64,000 nucleotides of DNA from an uncultured Actinomycetota bacterium (lineage in GTDB: Bacteria > Actinomycetota > Actinomycetes > JAFAQI01), in NCBI GenBank assembly GCA_963770565.1, contig CAVYQE010000011.1, positions 160,001 through 224,000 of the forward strand, written 5' to 3'. Made by a program: the position numbers and the translations under genes. Under the pieces are notes generated by a model. It saw only the letters and a list, made by a program, of their open reading frames with translations. It searched no databases and was not told where the DNA came from. The stretch's first letter is position 1. Every line of letters begins with the position of its first letter. Below are positions 47,955-58,478 of this stretch, piece by piece.

Positions 47955-49913
47955 ATGAAGGTACGTCGGGTCGCCGCCGCCCTTGTGGTCACGCTGGCGG
48001 CGGCGGGATGCATGCACTCCGCGGGCGCAGACGTCGGCGGTCGGGCGGCAACCGCAACGACGGTCGCCCAGTCGGCGCAGAACCTCGAGCAGACGTTCGC
48101 GCGCGCCGGGATTGCCACGGTCGCGGACGAGACGTCCGCTAAGCCGCTGGTCCCGGTATCCGGGATCCAGGTGCTCACCTTGACCCGCTGGCAAGTCGAG
48201 AACATCGGCGCCGAAGCGGCCGACCAGGGCGGAATCCTCGGCTCGGACCTGGACACGATGCTGCGGATGCCGGCTACCTCGCCGCAACTTGCCGACATCG
48301 TCGGTGGGTGGGTGGTCGCGAAGGCCGATCCGATCGCCGCGGCCGCCGCTCCGTTGCTCGGCAGCCCTGACTGGACTCACCCCGAGCAGGTCATCCTGCC
48401 GACCGCCGTGACGACGTTGTTCGCCGCGGACCTGCTGCAGCATGTCGCCCTGCCCGGTGGGACCGAGTCCGCGACGCCGTCGGCATCGGGCGCCGACTCC
48501 AGCTACCGGACTGCCGGCGGACCTGGGACCGGCGCGCTGGTAGTGGAGGACGCGTCGATCGTGCGCTCGCCGTGTACGACGGTGGCCGGGTTCGTCGACC
48601 GCGTCCTCGACCAGGTGTTCGCGGTCCTGCACCTCGACCCGGCCGGCGTGGCCGCCTTTGTGAATGGCGCGCTCGGCGGCGGTCTCGTCGGGGCGATCCT
48701 CGGCGGGTTGGCCGCGTTTCTCGCGTCGTTCTGGAACGCCGCCGTCCACCTCGCCGAACAGGCGCTCAAGGCGGTGATCAGCCAGATCACGAAGCCGATC
48801 CTGCTGGCACTGGCCGACGCCATCGGCGGGGTTGCCCTGTTCACGATGCTCCGGTCGTACCTCAAGCAATGGGCGGCAACGGTCACGCCGACGCCGGCGT
48901 CGAACCAGTTCGCGATCGCACCGAAGTTCAACACCGGGCAGTTCACCGTGAGCATCGACCGCAACGCTGAGGTGTCGGACTGGCCACCGCAGCTGGTCGA
49001 CTGCGCGGAAGCGGTGCACGTGCCACTGCCGACCATCGCCACCACCGGGGCGCCGGTGCAGTGGACGGTCACCGGACAGGAACCGGGTTTGGTGACGATT
49101 GGCGCGGTCGACGGCGCCCTCGACACGAACCTGCGCCACCTCCTCGACTACCGCACCGGCAGCGAGAGCGCCCATGTCGCGAGCACCGGGATTGAGGTGC
49201 GGCCGACCGTGACCGCTTCCGTCCGAGTTCGCCGGCCGGAGATCGAGCAGCTTCGGAAGTTCGTGACGGCGTACCTCACTGCGCAGGTGCCGGACCTGGT
49301 CGCCCCCTACGTCAACCCGATCCTGGCGAGCTTCATCGAGGACGCGACGAAGTTCCTCGACACGATCACCGCGGTGGTCGGACAGCGCACGATCGTCGTT
49401 GCGCACCATGTCCCGAAGCCGGTTCCGGGATGTACGGCGCAGGGCAACGTGATCCCGGCCGGGAACTATGCGGGGCCGGTCCGCGCGAACCTTGCCATGG
49501 CCTTCGCCAGCGGCGTCCCGGCGAGGGGTGGTGGCACCTACGAGACCACCGGCTCGATCAGCCTGCACTCGGACGGCGCTCACGTGACCGGCGAGATCCA
49601 GCTGTCGGGAACCGGCGCCGCCCATGCGGGGTTGGCCCCCGTGATGGAGATGTTCGACCACAGCGTCGGAAACCTGCACGCCCGCATCACCGGCACCGCG
49701 AGCCAGCCGACCGTCGTCGGCAGGCTCGCCGGGCAGGACGAGGTGGTCGGGCATACCTCCCATCCGTTCCGGGCCGGTTTGCACGTCACGGAGGCCGACT
49801 GTGGGGCGGTCTCGGGTGACCTGATCGCGATGTGGGACGACATCATGCAGCCGGTCAGGAAGTACCTGACGCTTCGCGGCTCGGGCGACTGGACGATCCC
49901 CCGCACCAGCTGA
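47955..49913 (+). CDS. Large hypothetical lipoprotein
   Basis: MKVRR..LAAAGC lipobox; internal hydrophobic Gly-rich helices. Confidence 0.7.
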   Translation: MKVRRVAAALVVTLAAAGCMHSAGADVGGRAATATTVAQSAQNLEQTFARAGIATVADETSAKPLVPVSGIQVLTLTRWQVENIGAEAADQGGILGSDLDTMLRMPATSPQLADIVGGWVVAKADPIAAAAAPLLGSPDWTHPEQVILPTAVTTLFAADLLQHVALPGGTESATPSASGADSSYRTAGGPGTGALVVEDASIVRSPCTTVAGFVDRVLDQVFAVLHLDPAGVAAFVNGALGGGLVGAILGGLAAFLASFWNAAVHLAEQALKAVISQITKPILLALADAIGGVALFTMLRSYLKQWAATVTPTPASNQFAIAPKFNTGQFTVSIDRNAEVSDWPPQLVDCAEAVHVPLPTIATTGAPVQWTVTGQEPGLVTIGAVDGALDTNLRHLLDYRTGSESAHVASTGIEVRPTVTASVRVRRPEIEQLRKFVTAYLTAQVPDLVAPYVNPILASFIEDATKFLDTITAVVGQRTIVVAHHVPKPVPGCTAQGNVIPAGNYAGPVRANLAMAFASGVPARGGGTYETTGSISLHSDGAHVTGEIQLSGTGAAHAGLAPVMEMFDHSVGNLHARITGTASQPTVVGRLAGQDEVVGHTSHPFRAGLHVTEADCGAVSGDLIAMWDDIMQPVRKYLTLRGSGDWTIPRTS

Positions 49914-49933
49914 CGTGCGCCGTACCGGATCAG

Positions 49934-51547
49934 TTACTTACCGACCGGCGCAACGACCTCTTCGGCCGGTGGAGCCGGATGGGGTCCCCGGCTTCGGTCC
50001 GGCGGGCGGTCCGAAGCCAGGGCCGGGAGCGCGGCGAGCACGAGCAACGCCGCGCCCATAGCGCTGGCTGCGCCGACCGCCAGCGCTAGCTCGTTGCCGC
50101 TCATGAACGCGGCCCTCGCCGCATGCGCCAACTCGGCGCCCCGGGCACCTCCGACGGCGGCAGCCACGCCGAGGGCACCACCGAGCGAGCCGAAGATCGC
50201 GTGCGCGGCAGTTGTCGGCACCTGCTGGCCGGTAAGCGCCGTGGTCATGTGGTCTTGGTAGCGGGTAAGCATGACGCTGCCGAGCACGGCAACACCGAGT
50301 GCGCCACCGAGCTGAAGGGCGACGGTGTTGGTTGCCGACCCGATCCCGGAGTCGCCCTGCGGGATCGATCCGATGACCGTGTTCGTCGCAGTCGGCAGCA
50401 GCAGCCCGGCCCCCACGCCGATCAGCAACAGACCGGGGACCACGTCGGTGTAGGTGGTCGCGACCGTGGACGTCGCTGAGATCTGCCACAGGCCGCCGGC
50501 GATCGCGGCGAGGGCCGCGGCGACGCTGAGCTTGACCCCGATGACGCGAGCGAGCAGCGGGGACGCCGCGGCGCTCAGGACCAGCGCTCCGGCGATGGGC
50601 AGGATCCGCAGCCCGGCCCGCAACGGTGAGAGGTCAAGGTCGAACTGCAGGAACTGCGTTTGCATGAACAGTGCACCCATGAGGCCGAAGACTCCGAGGC
50701 ATTCGGCGACAAGTGCTACCGAGAACCCGCGGTTGTGAAAGAACGTCAGATCGAGCATGGGGTGGTCGCTGTGAGCCTCCCAGGCGGTGAATCCGCCGAG
50801 AACGACAAGGCTGGCCAACCCGGCGCCCACCACCGCCTCCGACGTCCAGCCCCTGGTCGGAGCCTCGATGATCGCCCAGAGCAGCAGACCCAGACCCGCC
50901 ACGGACAAGGCTGCCCCGAGCGGGTCGGAACGCTGTGTGTTCGGGTTTTTCGAGTCCGGCACCAGTACGAGTGCCCCAAGGAAGCCGAGCAGCGCGATCG
51001 GAACATTGACCAGAAAGATCGAGCCCCACCAGAACCGCGACAGCAGCAGGCCGCCGGCGATCGGGCCGATCGCGATGCCGAGCCCGATCGTCGCGGCCCA
51101 GGAGCCGATGGCGCGCGCCCGCTCGTTCGGCTCTCGAAAGATGTCGTTGATGATGGATAGCGACGCCGGGATGGTGAACGCGGCTCCGGCACCCATGACG
51201 GCCCGGCAGGCGATCAGTGGATTGACCGAACTCGACAGGGCCGCGCCGATCGATCCTGCGGCGAAGATGCTCAAGCCGATCAGGAAGAACCGCCTACGCC
51301 CGAACCGATCGGCCAGACCGCCGCCGACGAACAGCAGCCCCGCGAACGCCATCGCGTACGAGTCGACGATCCACTGCAGCTGGCTCGAGCTTGCCTGCAG
51401 ATCCCGCACCAGCGTGGGCAGCGCCACGTTGAGGATGGTGTTGTCCACGTTGATGATCAATGCCGAGACACACACCACTGCCAACGCCGCCGTGCGGCGC
51501 GAGTGTCGCACGCCCGGTGTCGCGCGCGTTGCCGGCAAGGGGCCCAT
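49934..51547 (-). CDS. MFS DHA2 (EmrB/QacA) efflux transporter
   Basis: DNTILNVALP, LQWIVDSY, DRFGRRR and W.SIFLVNVP motifs; 14 TM. Confidence 0.92.
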   Translation of the reverse strand: MGPLPATRATPGVRHSRRTAALAVVCVSALIINVDNTILNVALPTLVRDLQASSSQLQWIVDSYAMAFAGLLFVGGGLADRFGRRRFFLIGLSIFAAGSIGAALSSSVNPLIACRAVMGAGAAFTIPASLSIINDIFREPNERARAIGSWAATIGLGIAIGPIAGGLLLSRFWWGSIFLVNVPIALLGFLGALVLVPDSKNPNTQRSDPLGAALSVAGLGLLLWAIIEAPTRGWTSEAVVGAGLASLVVLGGFTAWEAHSDHPMLDLTFFHNRGFSVALVAECLGVFGLMGALFMQTQFLQFDLDLSPLRAGLRILPIAGALVLSAAASPLLARVIGVKLSVAAALAAIAGGLWQISATSTVATTYTDVVPGLLLIGVGAGLLLPTATNTVIGSIPQGDSGIGSATNTVALQLGGALGVAVLGSVMLTRYQDHMTTALTGQQVPTTAAHAIFGSLGGALGVAAAVGGARGAELAHAARAAFMSGNELALAVGAASAMGAALLVLAALPALASDRPPDRSRGPHPAPPAEEVVAPVGK

Positions 51548-51700
51548 TCACTCACTACATCGCAGTGGCCTCGACTCAGCCAGGGCCGTAGGTCACCTCG
51601 ATAGGCGAGGACAGGGACTGTAGAGATATTGGATTGGCCGGTATTGGTTGCGAGCGCCGCCAGGCTCGGTAGGCTTCCTCCACGCTCAGGGGGAGGTTCC

Positions 51701-54094
51701 ATGTCCGGCATCGCCAGAGGCCGTCGTACCGCACGTCTGCTTGCCATCCTCTCCGTGGCCGGCGCCACGGCGCTCGGCTCCGCCGGCGCGGCCCACGCTG
51801 CCGGCCCGGCGCTTCCGGCCGGCACCTACCTCGCCTGCCCGGACGTCACGACCCTGGCCTACTCCACGACGTACACCTGTGAGCCTTTGCTCACGGCGAT
51901 TTCGGATGCCGAGGCATGGAACCAGAGCTCGCGGGAGAACGCGACCATCGACTTGCTGCCGGGCCAGTACTGCCCGGTTCAGCTGCCCTACGACCCGTAT
52001 GCGCTGACGATCCAGGGCGTCGGCTTCGCCGGCGTGAAGAACCCCACGGACGTCACGGACTACACCGGCTTCGAGGCCGACCTCTCGGAGTTCGCCTGGA
52101 GCGACACCTGCACGGCGATCCCGAGCGACAGCTACTACCTGGAGAACCTGCCCAACCCTCAGGAACCGGACGAGATCTGGGGGGACCTCACCTTCGTCAA
52201 CTTCGCCGTCAACGGCACGGGGGCCGGGCCGGCCAACGGCATCTATGTCCTCAACGCCGATCTCACGGCACGTGACCTGCTGGTCGAGAACCTCTCCGAC
52301 GTCGGGCTTACCTTCACTGATCAGTTCGACTTCTACAGCGGCAACATCGAGAACAGTGCCTTCGTCAACAACGGTGTCGGCGCCAGCATCGGCGCCGGCG
52401 AGAGCCACGGCCTCTCGATCGACGACAGCACCTTCGCCGGAAACACCGAGACCGGCGTCCAGGGCGCCGGCTTCTTCGAACTCGGCAGCGACACGATCGC
52501 GCACAACTTCAACGGCTTCAGTGACAGCATCGATCAGCTCGCCACCTCGATCGTCGGCGATAACACGAACGCAAACTGTCCAGGTTCGGTCTCCGACGAT
52601 TTCGGCCTGAACGTCCTGGGCGGCGGCTGCACCCTCAAGACCACCGATCCTGATCAGGACATCCCCCTCACCTCGACGATCGGCTCGCTGTCGACCGGAG
52701 ATGCGATCACGCCGTCGATCCAACCGGTGTCGGAAGCGGCGATCGGGAGCGGTGAGTGCGGAGGCATCGAGGGGGTCGACCAGGAGGAGCAGATCGTCGA
52801 CACCAGCTCGTGCGACGCCGGATCCATACAGGCAGCCGGTACGACCGGGGACCCGACCCCGTCCGGCGACATCGACTTCGGCGCGGTCCCGACCAATGAC
52901 CCGCTGTCGCAGACCGAGCAGTTGTCCCCGGCCGGTGGCCTCGTCGGTGTTTCTGGAGTCTCCACGGCCGTCTCCAGCGGCTCAGGCAGCTTCGCGGTCA
53001 CGAACGACAGCTGCAGTTACTCGCTGGTCATGAACCATGCCTTCGGCCAGGGCGGGTGCAGCGTGAGCGTGCAGGCGACCAGCGCGGAGGACTCGGGCAC
53101 TACGACCGGCACCCTGACGTTCCACACCACTGACGGCGATGTGACCGTGAACCTGACGTCCACGGGCGCACCGGCGGTGGTGGCGGCGGGCGCTCCGACC
53201 GGTCTCTCGCCGACGGCCGGCAAGCGCCGGGTGACGCTGGACTGGACTGCCCCGACCGATGACGGCGGCGTCCCGCTGCAGTACTACGAGATTGACGGCT
53301 CCGCGAACGGTGGGAAGGACTGGCAGGTCGTGGACACCGACTACGACACCAGTGACACATCGGTCAGCGACACCATCTCCAACCTCACCAACGGCACGAC
53401 GTACGACTTCCGGATCCGGGCGGAGAACGGCGTCGTCGACGGCGCCTGGTCGAACACGGTCTCGGCAACCCCGCATGGACCGCAAGATCCCAGCGCGCTC
53501 AGCGCACCGCATGGATCGACGGTCTCGTACGGGAAGAGCGCGACCTTGTCCTCGAAGCTGACCGACAAGACGAGCCACGCGGCAATCGGCAGTGCCTCGG
53601 TCTCGCTGCTCAGCCGCAAAGGCACCAGCGGCACCTTCCACATGGTGAAGAAGCTCACGACGACCTCGGCCGGCCTCGCGAAGGCAGTGGTGCAGCCGTC
53701 GGTCAACACCCAGTACGAGTTCTCGTACGCCGCGACGTCTGCACACAGCGCTGTGACCAGCGGCATCGCGACCGTTGACGTCGCGCAAGTCGTGAAGGCG
53801 GCCTTGACCAAGACGACGATCGCGCACGGCGCGAAGGACTCCGTCTACGGCACCGTTCTGCCGGCCGCAAGCGGCGAGAAGGTTTCGCTGCAGGTCAAGG
53901 TGAACGGCAAGTGGAAGACGATCGGCAGCGCGAAGACAAAGAAGCAGAAGCTGCCGAGCGGCACGAAGGCGGTGGGCTACGTCATCAGCTACACACCGGG
54001 CAAGGCGGGCAAGGAAGCACTGCGAGTCGTGCGCGCCGCGGACGCCACCAATGCCGGGGGGACATCGAAGAAGTTGACGCTGAAAGTCACCTGA
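51701..54094 (+). CDS. Secreted beta-helix plus fibronectin type III surface protein
   Basis: Signal peptide; acidic Asn/Gly-rich beta-helix-like region; FN3 (WTAP.DDGG, LTNGTTYDFRIRAEN); Lys-rich C-domain. Confidence 0.8.
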   Translation: MSGIARGRRTARLLAILSVAGATALGSAGAAHAAGPALPAGTYLACPDVTTLAYSTTYTCEPLLTAISDAEAWNQSSRENATIDLLPGQYCPVQLPYDPYALTIQGVGFAGVKNPTDVTDYTGFEADLSEFAWSDTCTAIPSDSYYLENLPNPQEPDEIWGDLTFVNFAVNGTGAGPANGIYVLNADLTARDLLVENLSDVGLTFTDQFDFYSGNIENSAFVNNGVGASIGAGESHGLSIDDSTFAGNTETGVQGAGFFELGSDTIAHNFNGFSDSIDQLATSIVGDNTNANCPGSVSDDFGLNVLGGGCTLKTTDPDQDIPLTSTIGSLSTGDAITPSIQPVSEAAIGSGECGGIEGVDQEEQIVDTSSCDAGSIQAAGTTGDPTPSGDIDFGAVPTNDPLSQTEQLSPAGGLVGVSGVSTAVSSGSGSFAVTNDSCSYSLVMNHAFGQGGCSVSVQATSAEDSGTTTGTLTFHTTDGDVTVNLTSTGAPAVVAAGAPTGLSPTAGKRRVTLDWTAPTDDGGVPLQYYEIDGSANGGKDWQVVDTDYDTSDTSVSDTISNLTNGTTYDFRIRAENGVVDGAWSNTVSATPHGPQDPSALSAPHGSTVSYGKSATLSSKLTDKTSHAAIGSASVSLLSRKGTSGTFHMVKKLTTTSAGLAKAVVQPSVNTQYEFSYAATSAHSAVTSGIATVDVAQVVKAALTKTTIAHGAKDSVYGTVLPAASGEKVSLQVKVNGKWKTIGSAKTKKQKLPSGTKAVGYVISYTPGKAGKEALRVVRAADATNAGGTSKKLTLKVT

Positions 54095-54179
54095 CCTGCA
54101 CGCAGACCTTCGTTCGCCAGAGCTTGCATTGGACTAAGGACTCTGGTCGGCGGCCTCCGTCCCGAGGCAGTCTGGAGGA

Positions 54180-56036
54180 GTGCAGATCGAGCGGCGGTTG
54201 ACGGTTCTGTTGGCGGCCGTGATCGTGCTCGCTACGGCTCCCTCGGGCGTTGCTGTCGCTGGGTCCGTGCATTGGCAGGACGCTGCATGGGGCATCGGCC
54301 GTGAGCAGGTGGCGACCGCCAATGTTGGCTTGCCATCGGTGGTCGCAGCCGCTGGCCATGCACTTGGAGAGGGCTTCGACGCAGCGCAGGCGCCGCCGAC
54401 GAGCACCATCCGTGCCTGGTCGGCGTCGCCGTACCGCGCGGTCAACATGTACTTCGCGGGTAGCCAGCGCTATCACACCGACCAATCGGAGCTGTCGTCG
54501 TCGTGGGTGACGACGGTTCTCGCCAACGGCTGGACGATCATCCCGACGGACGTCGACTTGCAGGCGCCGTGTGCAAGCACCACCAAGCAGAAGATGAGCA
54601 CCAGCCCAACGACCGCGCTTGCCCAAGGGTCGGCGGCCGCGTCACTCGCGATCGACGACCCGGATCCTTCGGCGACCAGCCTTACCCAACTCGGGCTGCC
54701 GACCGGAGTGCCGGCGTACATCGATATCGAGTCGTACTCGGTCCCTTCGGGGAACACGACCTGCGTGCCGGCGGTGCTGGCGTTCGTTCGCGGCTGGATC
54801 GACACGTTGCACGAAGCGGGTTATCTGGCCGGCCTTTACGCCACGCCGACGAGCGGCATCAAGGATGTCATTGCCGCCCACGAGGCGGACAACATGTACC
54901 CTGAGCCAGATGCGATCTGGTTCGCCCGATACGACGGCAATGACTCGGTCGACAACCCGAATATCCCGGCCGGCTACCTAGCGCATCACCGCATTCACCA
55001 GTACCAGAACAGCACCGCGTACACATTCGGCGGGCTGTCTCTGACGATCGACAAGGACGCGATGGATGGCGACGTCATCGCGGCGACATCGGTGACACTG
55101 CCGACCGGCCCGCCGTACGTCTACGCCGCCGCGGTGCCGGCAGGCCAGCAGCTGACCGAGCGCGCCGGGCCGTCGAACAGCACCGCCGCGACCGGTACGT
55201 ACAGCGACGCCGACCCGCTTGCGATCGAATGCCAGACGATCGCGCCTGACGGTGACCCCGCAGGAGTCGTTCACGGCGACGCCGTGTGGGATCGATTGAC
55301 CGACAACAACTACGTCAGCGACCTCTTCACGACCACCACTGGTGGCATTGGCTTCAGCGCGGGGATCCCACGCTGCGAGACCACGCCACCGGCAGTGACG
55401 GTGAAGCCGCTCGCCCGTGGCACGCTCGCGTCTGACGCGACGGTCGCCTACAGCGCGACGGACGCAACCGGCGTCGCGTACTACGACGTCAGTTGGCGCC
55501 GCGCCCGGTACGACGGCGGCTACGGTGCCTGGCATTACCCAGCCGCATGGCAGAAGACCGCCGCGGCGACCGAGGTGCGCGCGCTCGCGGTTGGCTACAC
55601 GTACTGCTTCAAGGTCCGCGCCTCCGACCGGCTCGGCAACCTCAGCACCTGGTCGGCGGCCGCCTGCACCGCCCGAGCCCTCGATGACCGGGCGGTGACG
55701 GTCGGCTCGCGCTGGCGGCGGAAGACCGGCCACTCCTTCTACCTCGGCACGATCACCACGACGACCATCCATGGCGCGACCGCCACCCGGCACGACGCGC
55801 AAGTACGCGACGTCGGCTTGGTCGTGACGCGATGCGCGACGTGCGGCAGGGTCCGGGTGTCGATCGCAGGAATTCTCCTCGCAAATGTCGACCTTCACTC
55901 CGACGTCCGTCATCGGCGCAGCGTCGTGATGCTCCCGTCGCTACCGGACCTTCTGACCGGGAAGGTGGTCATCGAGGTGACCTCGCCCACCGGCCGGACC
56001 TTACAGCTTGACGGCCTCATCCTGTCCCGCGCCTGA
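54180..56036 (+). CDS. DUF1906 (Rv2525c-like) putative peptidoglycan glycoside hydrolase with extra SH3-like/FN3-like domains
   Basis: GFD...AP, W..SPYRAV.MY, LQAPC, Y.DIE.Y, PDAIWFAR and RIHQY motifs. Confidence 0.82.
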   Translation: MQIERRLTVLLAAVIVLATAPSGVAVAGSVHWQDAAWGIGREQVATANVGLPSVVAAAGHALGEGFDAAQAPPTSTIRAWSASPYRAVNMYFAGSQRYHTDQSELSSSWVTTVLANGWTIIPTDVDLQAPCASTTKQKMSTSPTTALAQGSAAASLAIDDPDPSATSLTQLGLPTGVPAYIDIESYSVPSGNTTCVPAVLAFVRGWIDTLHEAGYLAGLYATPTSGIKDVIAAHEADNMYPEPDAIWFARYDGNDSVDNPNIPAGYLAHHRIHQYQNSTAYTFGGLSLTIDKDAMDGDVIAATSVTLPTGPPYVYAAAVPAGQQLTERAGPSNSTAATGTYSDADPLAIECQTIAPDGDPAGVVHGDAVWDRLTDNNYVSDLFTTTTGGIGFSAGIPRCETTPPAVTVKPLARGTLASDATVAYSATDATGVAYYDVSWRRARYDGGYGAWHYPAAWQKTAAATEVRALAVGYTYCFKVRASDRLGNLSTWSAAACTARALDDRAVTVGSRWRRKTGHSFYLGTITTTTIHGATATRHDAQVRDVGLVVTRCATCGRVRVSIAGILLANVDLHSDVRHRRSVVMLPSLPDLLTGKVVIEVTSPTGRTLQLDGLILSRA

Positions 56037-56095
56037 CACCGCTGTCCCGACCCGACCCAGGTGCATCAGGGTGCGACCGGATCAAGGATTCGGTG

Positions 56096-56470
56096 TCACC
56101 CCGCCACCGTGGCGGCGTCCGATTCGTTCGAACCGGCCGGGCGGGTGACGAAGTGCGCGTTTGGCCCGGCCCCCAGCGAGAACCCTTCCGGGGGGCCGGC
56201 CTCGACGTCGAGGATGAGCCGGTCACATCGCCAGGCTGCATGCAGCCTGGCATCGATATAGAACATGCACCCGTCGATCTCGCCCAGGAGATCGTCTCCG
56301 TCGCCGACGAGAAACTCCCCGGCGGGGAAGCACATGGGGACGCTGCCTGCACAGCACCCGCCCGACTGGACGAACATCACCGGTCCGCCGTGGGCGGCGC
56401 GCAGGGCTTCGATCGCCTTGCGCGCCGCCGGCGTCGCGGTGACTCCGGAGTGCGCGGCCCCGTCGATCAT
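56096..56470 (-). CDS. DUF779 family protein
   Basis: QSGGCCAGSVPMCFP.GEF and GFSL motifs; follows the aldehyde dehydrogenase as is typical. Confidence 0.88.
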   Translation of the reverse strand: MIDGAAHSGVTATPAARKAIEALRAAHGGPVMFVQSGGCCAGSVPMCFPAGEFLVGDGDDLLGEIDGCMFYIDARLHAAWRCDRLILDVEAGPPEGFSLGAGPNAHFVTRPAGSNESDAATVAG

Positions 56471-56475
56471 TGCGG

Positions 56476-57996
56476 TCAGAACAAACCGAGCGGCTTCGTG
56501 CTGTAGCTCACCAGCAGGTTCTTGGTCTGGCTGTAGTGATCGAGCATCATGCGGTGGTTCTCCCGGCCGATGCCCGAGATCTTGTAACCACCGAATGCTG
56601 CGCCCGCCGGGTACTCGTGGTAGCAGTTGGTCCACACCCGCCCGGCTTTGATGGCACGGCCCATGCGGTATGCACGGGTGCCATCCCGGGTCCACACGCC
56701 GGCGCCAAGGCCGTAGAGGGTGTCGTTCGCGATCTCGAGCGCCTCCTGGTCGTTGGCGAAAGTGGTGACCGCGAGCACGGGTCCGAAGATCTCCTCCTGG
56801 AACACCCGCATCCGGTTGTCACCCTTGAGAACCGTGGGCTCAAAGTAGTAGCCCTCGGAGAACTCGCCGCCGATCTTGGCACGGCTTCCGCCGATCAGGA
56901 CCTCGGCCCCCTCGTTGCGCCCGATCTCGACGTACGAGGCGATCTTCTCCAGCTGCTGCTTCGAAACCTGGGCTCCGACCTGGGTCGCGAGGTCAAGCGG
57001 GTTGCCCTGCTTGATCGCGGCGATCCGCTCCAACGCGCGAGCCATGAACTCGGGGTAGATGTCCTGGTGGATCAGTGCACGCGACGGGCAGGTGCAGACC
57101 TCTCCCTTGTTGAAGGCGTAGAGCACGAGACCTTCAACGGCCTTGGACAGGTACTCGTCATCGTGGTCCATCACGTCACTGAAGAAGATGTTCGGCGACT
57201 TGCCGCCGAGTTCGACCGTCGACGGGATGAGGTTCTGTGCGGCGTACTGCATGATCAGGCGGCCGGTGACAGTCTCACCGGTAAAGCCGATCTTGGCGAT
57301 CCGCGGGTTGGCCGCGAGCGCCTTGCCGATCTCCGCACCAGGTCCGTTGACCACGTTGATGACGCCCTCGGGAAGGACGTCCTGGATGACCTCCATCAGC
57401 TTGAGGATCGACCACGGCGTCGGCGAGGCAGGCTTCATCACCGAGCAGTTGCCGGCCGCGAGGGCTGGTGCCAGCTTCCAGGCCGCCATCAACAACGGGA
57501 AGTTGAAGGGAATGATCTGACCGACCACGCCGAGTGGCTCCCGGAAGTGGTAAGCAACCAGGTCCTTGTTGATCTCGGTCGTGCGTCCCTCTTCGGCTCG
57601 AGCTGCGCTGGCGAAGTAACGGAAGTGGTCGACCACGAGCGGGATGTCGGCGTTGAGGGTCTCGCGGACCGGCTTGCCGTTCTCCCAGCTCTCAGCGACC
57701 GCCAGCACCTCGCTGTTGGCCTCGATCGCGTCCGCGATCGCGTTCAGGACGGCGGCGCGCTCGGTCTCCGACCGCTCACCCCATGCGTCCTTGGCGCTGT
57801 GCGCCGCGTCGAGCGCGAGTTCGATGTCCTCGGGGGTCGAGTCGGGCACCTCAGTGATCGGCTGGGCCGTGGCCGGAGTGAGATTCGTGCGGTACTTGCC
57901 GTGGGTGGGAGCGATCCATTTCCCGCCGATGAAGTTCTCGTATCGCGGCTCGACGCTTACCTTACTGTCGGGTCGGCCTGGTGGAATGTAGCTCAT
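56476..57996 (-). CDS. Aldehyde dehydrogenase (AldB/ExaC-like)
   Basis: [24 protein letters not shown] and EEIFGPV motifs; AGGAGG RBS. Confidence 0.95.
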   Translation of the reverse strand: MSYIPPGRPDSKVSVEPRYENFIGGKWIAPTHGKYRTNLTPATAQPITEVPDSTPEDIELALDAAHSAKDAWGERSETERAAVLNAIADAIEANSEVLAVAESWENGKPVRETLNADIPLVVDHFRYFASAARAEEGRTTEINKDLVAYHFREPLGVVGQIIPFNFPLLMAAWKLAPALAAGNCSVMKPASPTPWSILKLMEVIQDVLPEGVINVVNGPGAEIGKALAANPRIAKIGFTGETVTGRLIMQYAAQNLIPSTVELGGKSPNIFFSDVMDHDDEYLSKAVEGLVLYAFNKGEVCTCPSRALIHQDIYPEFMARALERIAAIKQGNPLDLATQVGAQVSKQQLEKIASYVEIGRNEGAEVLIGGSRAKIGGEFSEGYYFEPTVLKGDNRMRVFQEEIFGPVLAVTTFANDQEALEIANDTLYGLGAGVWTRDGTRAYRMGRAIKAGRVWTNCYHEYPAGAAFGGYKISGIGRENHRMMLDHYSQTKNLLVSYSTKPLGLF

Positions 57997-58094
57997 GGTC
58001 TCCTCCTGAGACGGCCGGTGTTTGTACTCTCGACCGAACCCCTCTAAGGCCCGGTATGTAAGAGGAGAAAGTCCCAGTGAGGTAGGGGCCATCG

Positions 58095-58316
58095 GCAGAC
58101 CTGCCTGGTGAGGCTCGTTGCCGGCCGCTGACATCTCCCTCACGAACCGGGAGTGTCACGAGAGCCAACACCGCCTGATACCGCTGCTCAGCCACGCTCA
58201 TCTCCCTCATACCAAGGGAGTGTCAAGAATCAGCCGAAGTAGCTGTCAACCATCAGCCGAACCCCCGTAAAGCATCAACCGAAGGCCGAACGTCAAGCGT
58301 CAGGCGAACTTTCACA
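58095..58316 (-). mobile_element. IS481-family left-end relic
   Basis: TGT terminus at 58316; four gtcaa.catcagccgaa-like subterminal repeats (58221, 58244, 58266, 58291); transposase start MREMSVAEQRYQAVLA at 58210 and a second decayed start at 58143. Confidence 0.8.
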
Positions 58317-58325
58317 TCAAGCGAG

Positions 58326-58398
58326 TGCGCCGCCAGGGACTCGAACCCCGAACCCGCGGATTAAGAGTCCGCTGCTCTGCCAGTTGAGCTAGCGGCGC
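58326..58398 (-). tRNA. tRNA-Lys(CTT)
   Basis: GCGCCGC acceptor stem; anticodon arm GCGGA-CTCTTAA-TCCGC; T-loop GGTTCGAGTCC; CCA not encoded. Confidence 0.96.
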
Positions 58399-58478
58399 GT
58401 GCCGACAAGATTAGCAGCGGTCCGCCGGCGGGTGGGACGGCCATTGACCCCGACGGGTTGGCCGACCAGGATTGCCCG

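Noticed and set aside
58221-58308. CRISPR or iteron array
   Set aside because: The 22-25-bp period, TGT terminus and adjacent transposase start identify IS481 subterminal repeats.
1-58398. Intact tRNA-Lys-anchored integrative element
   Set aside because: No integrase and no duplicate of the tRNA 3' end found by eye within the window.
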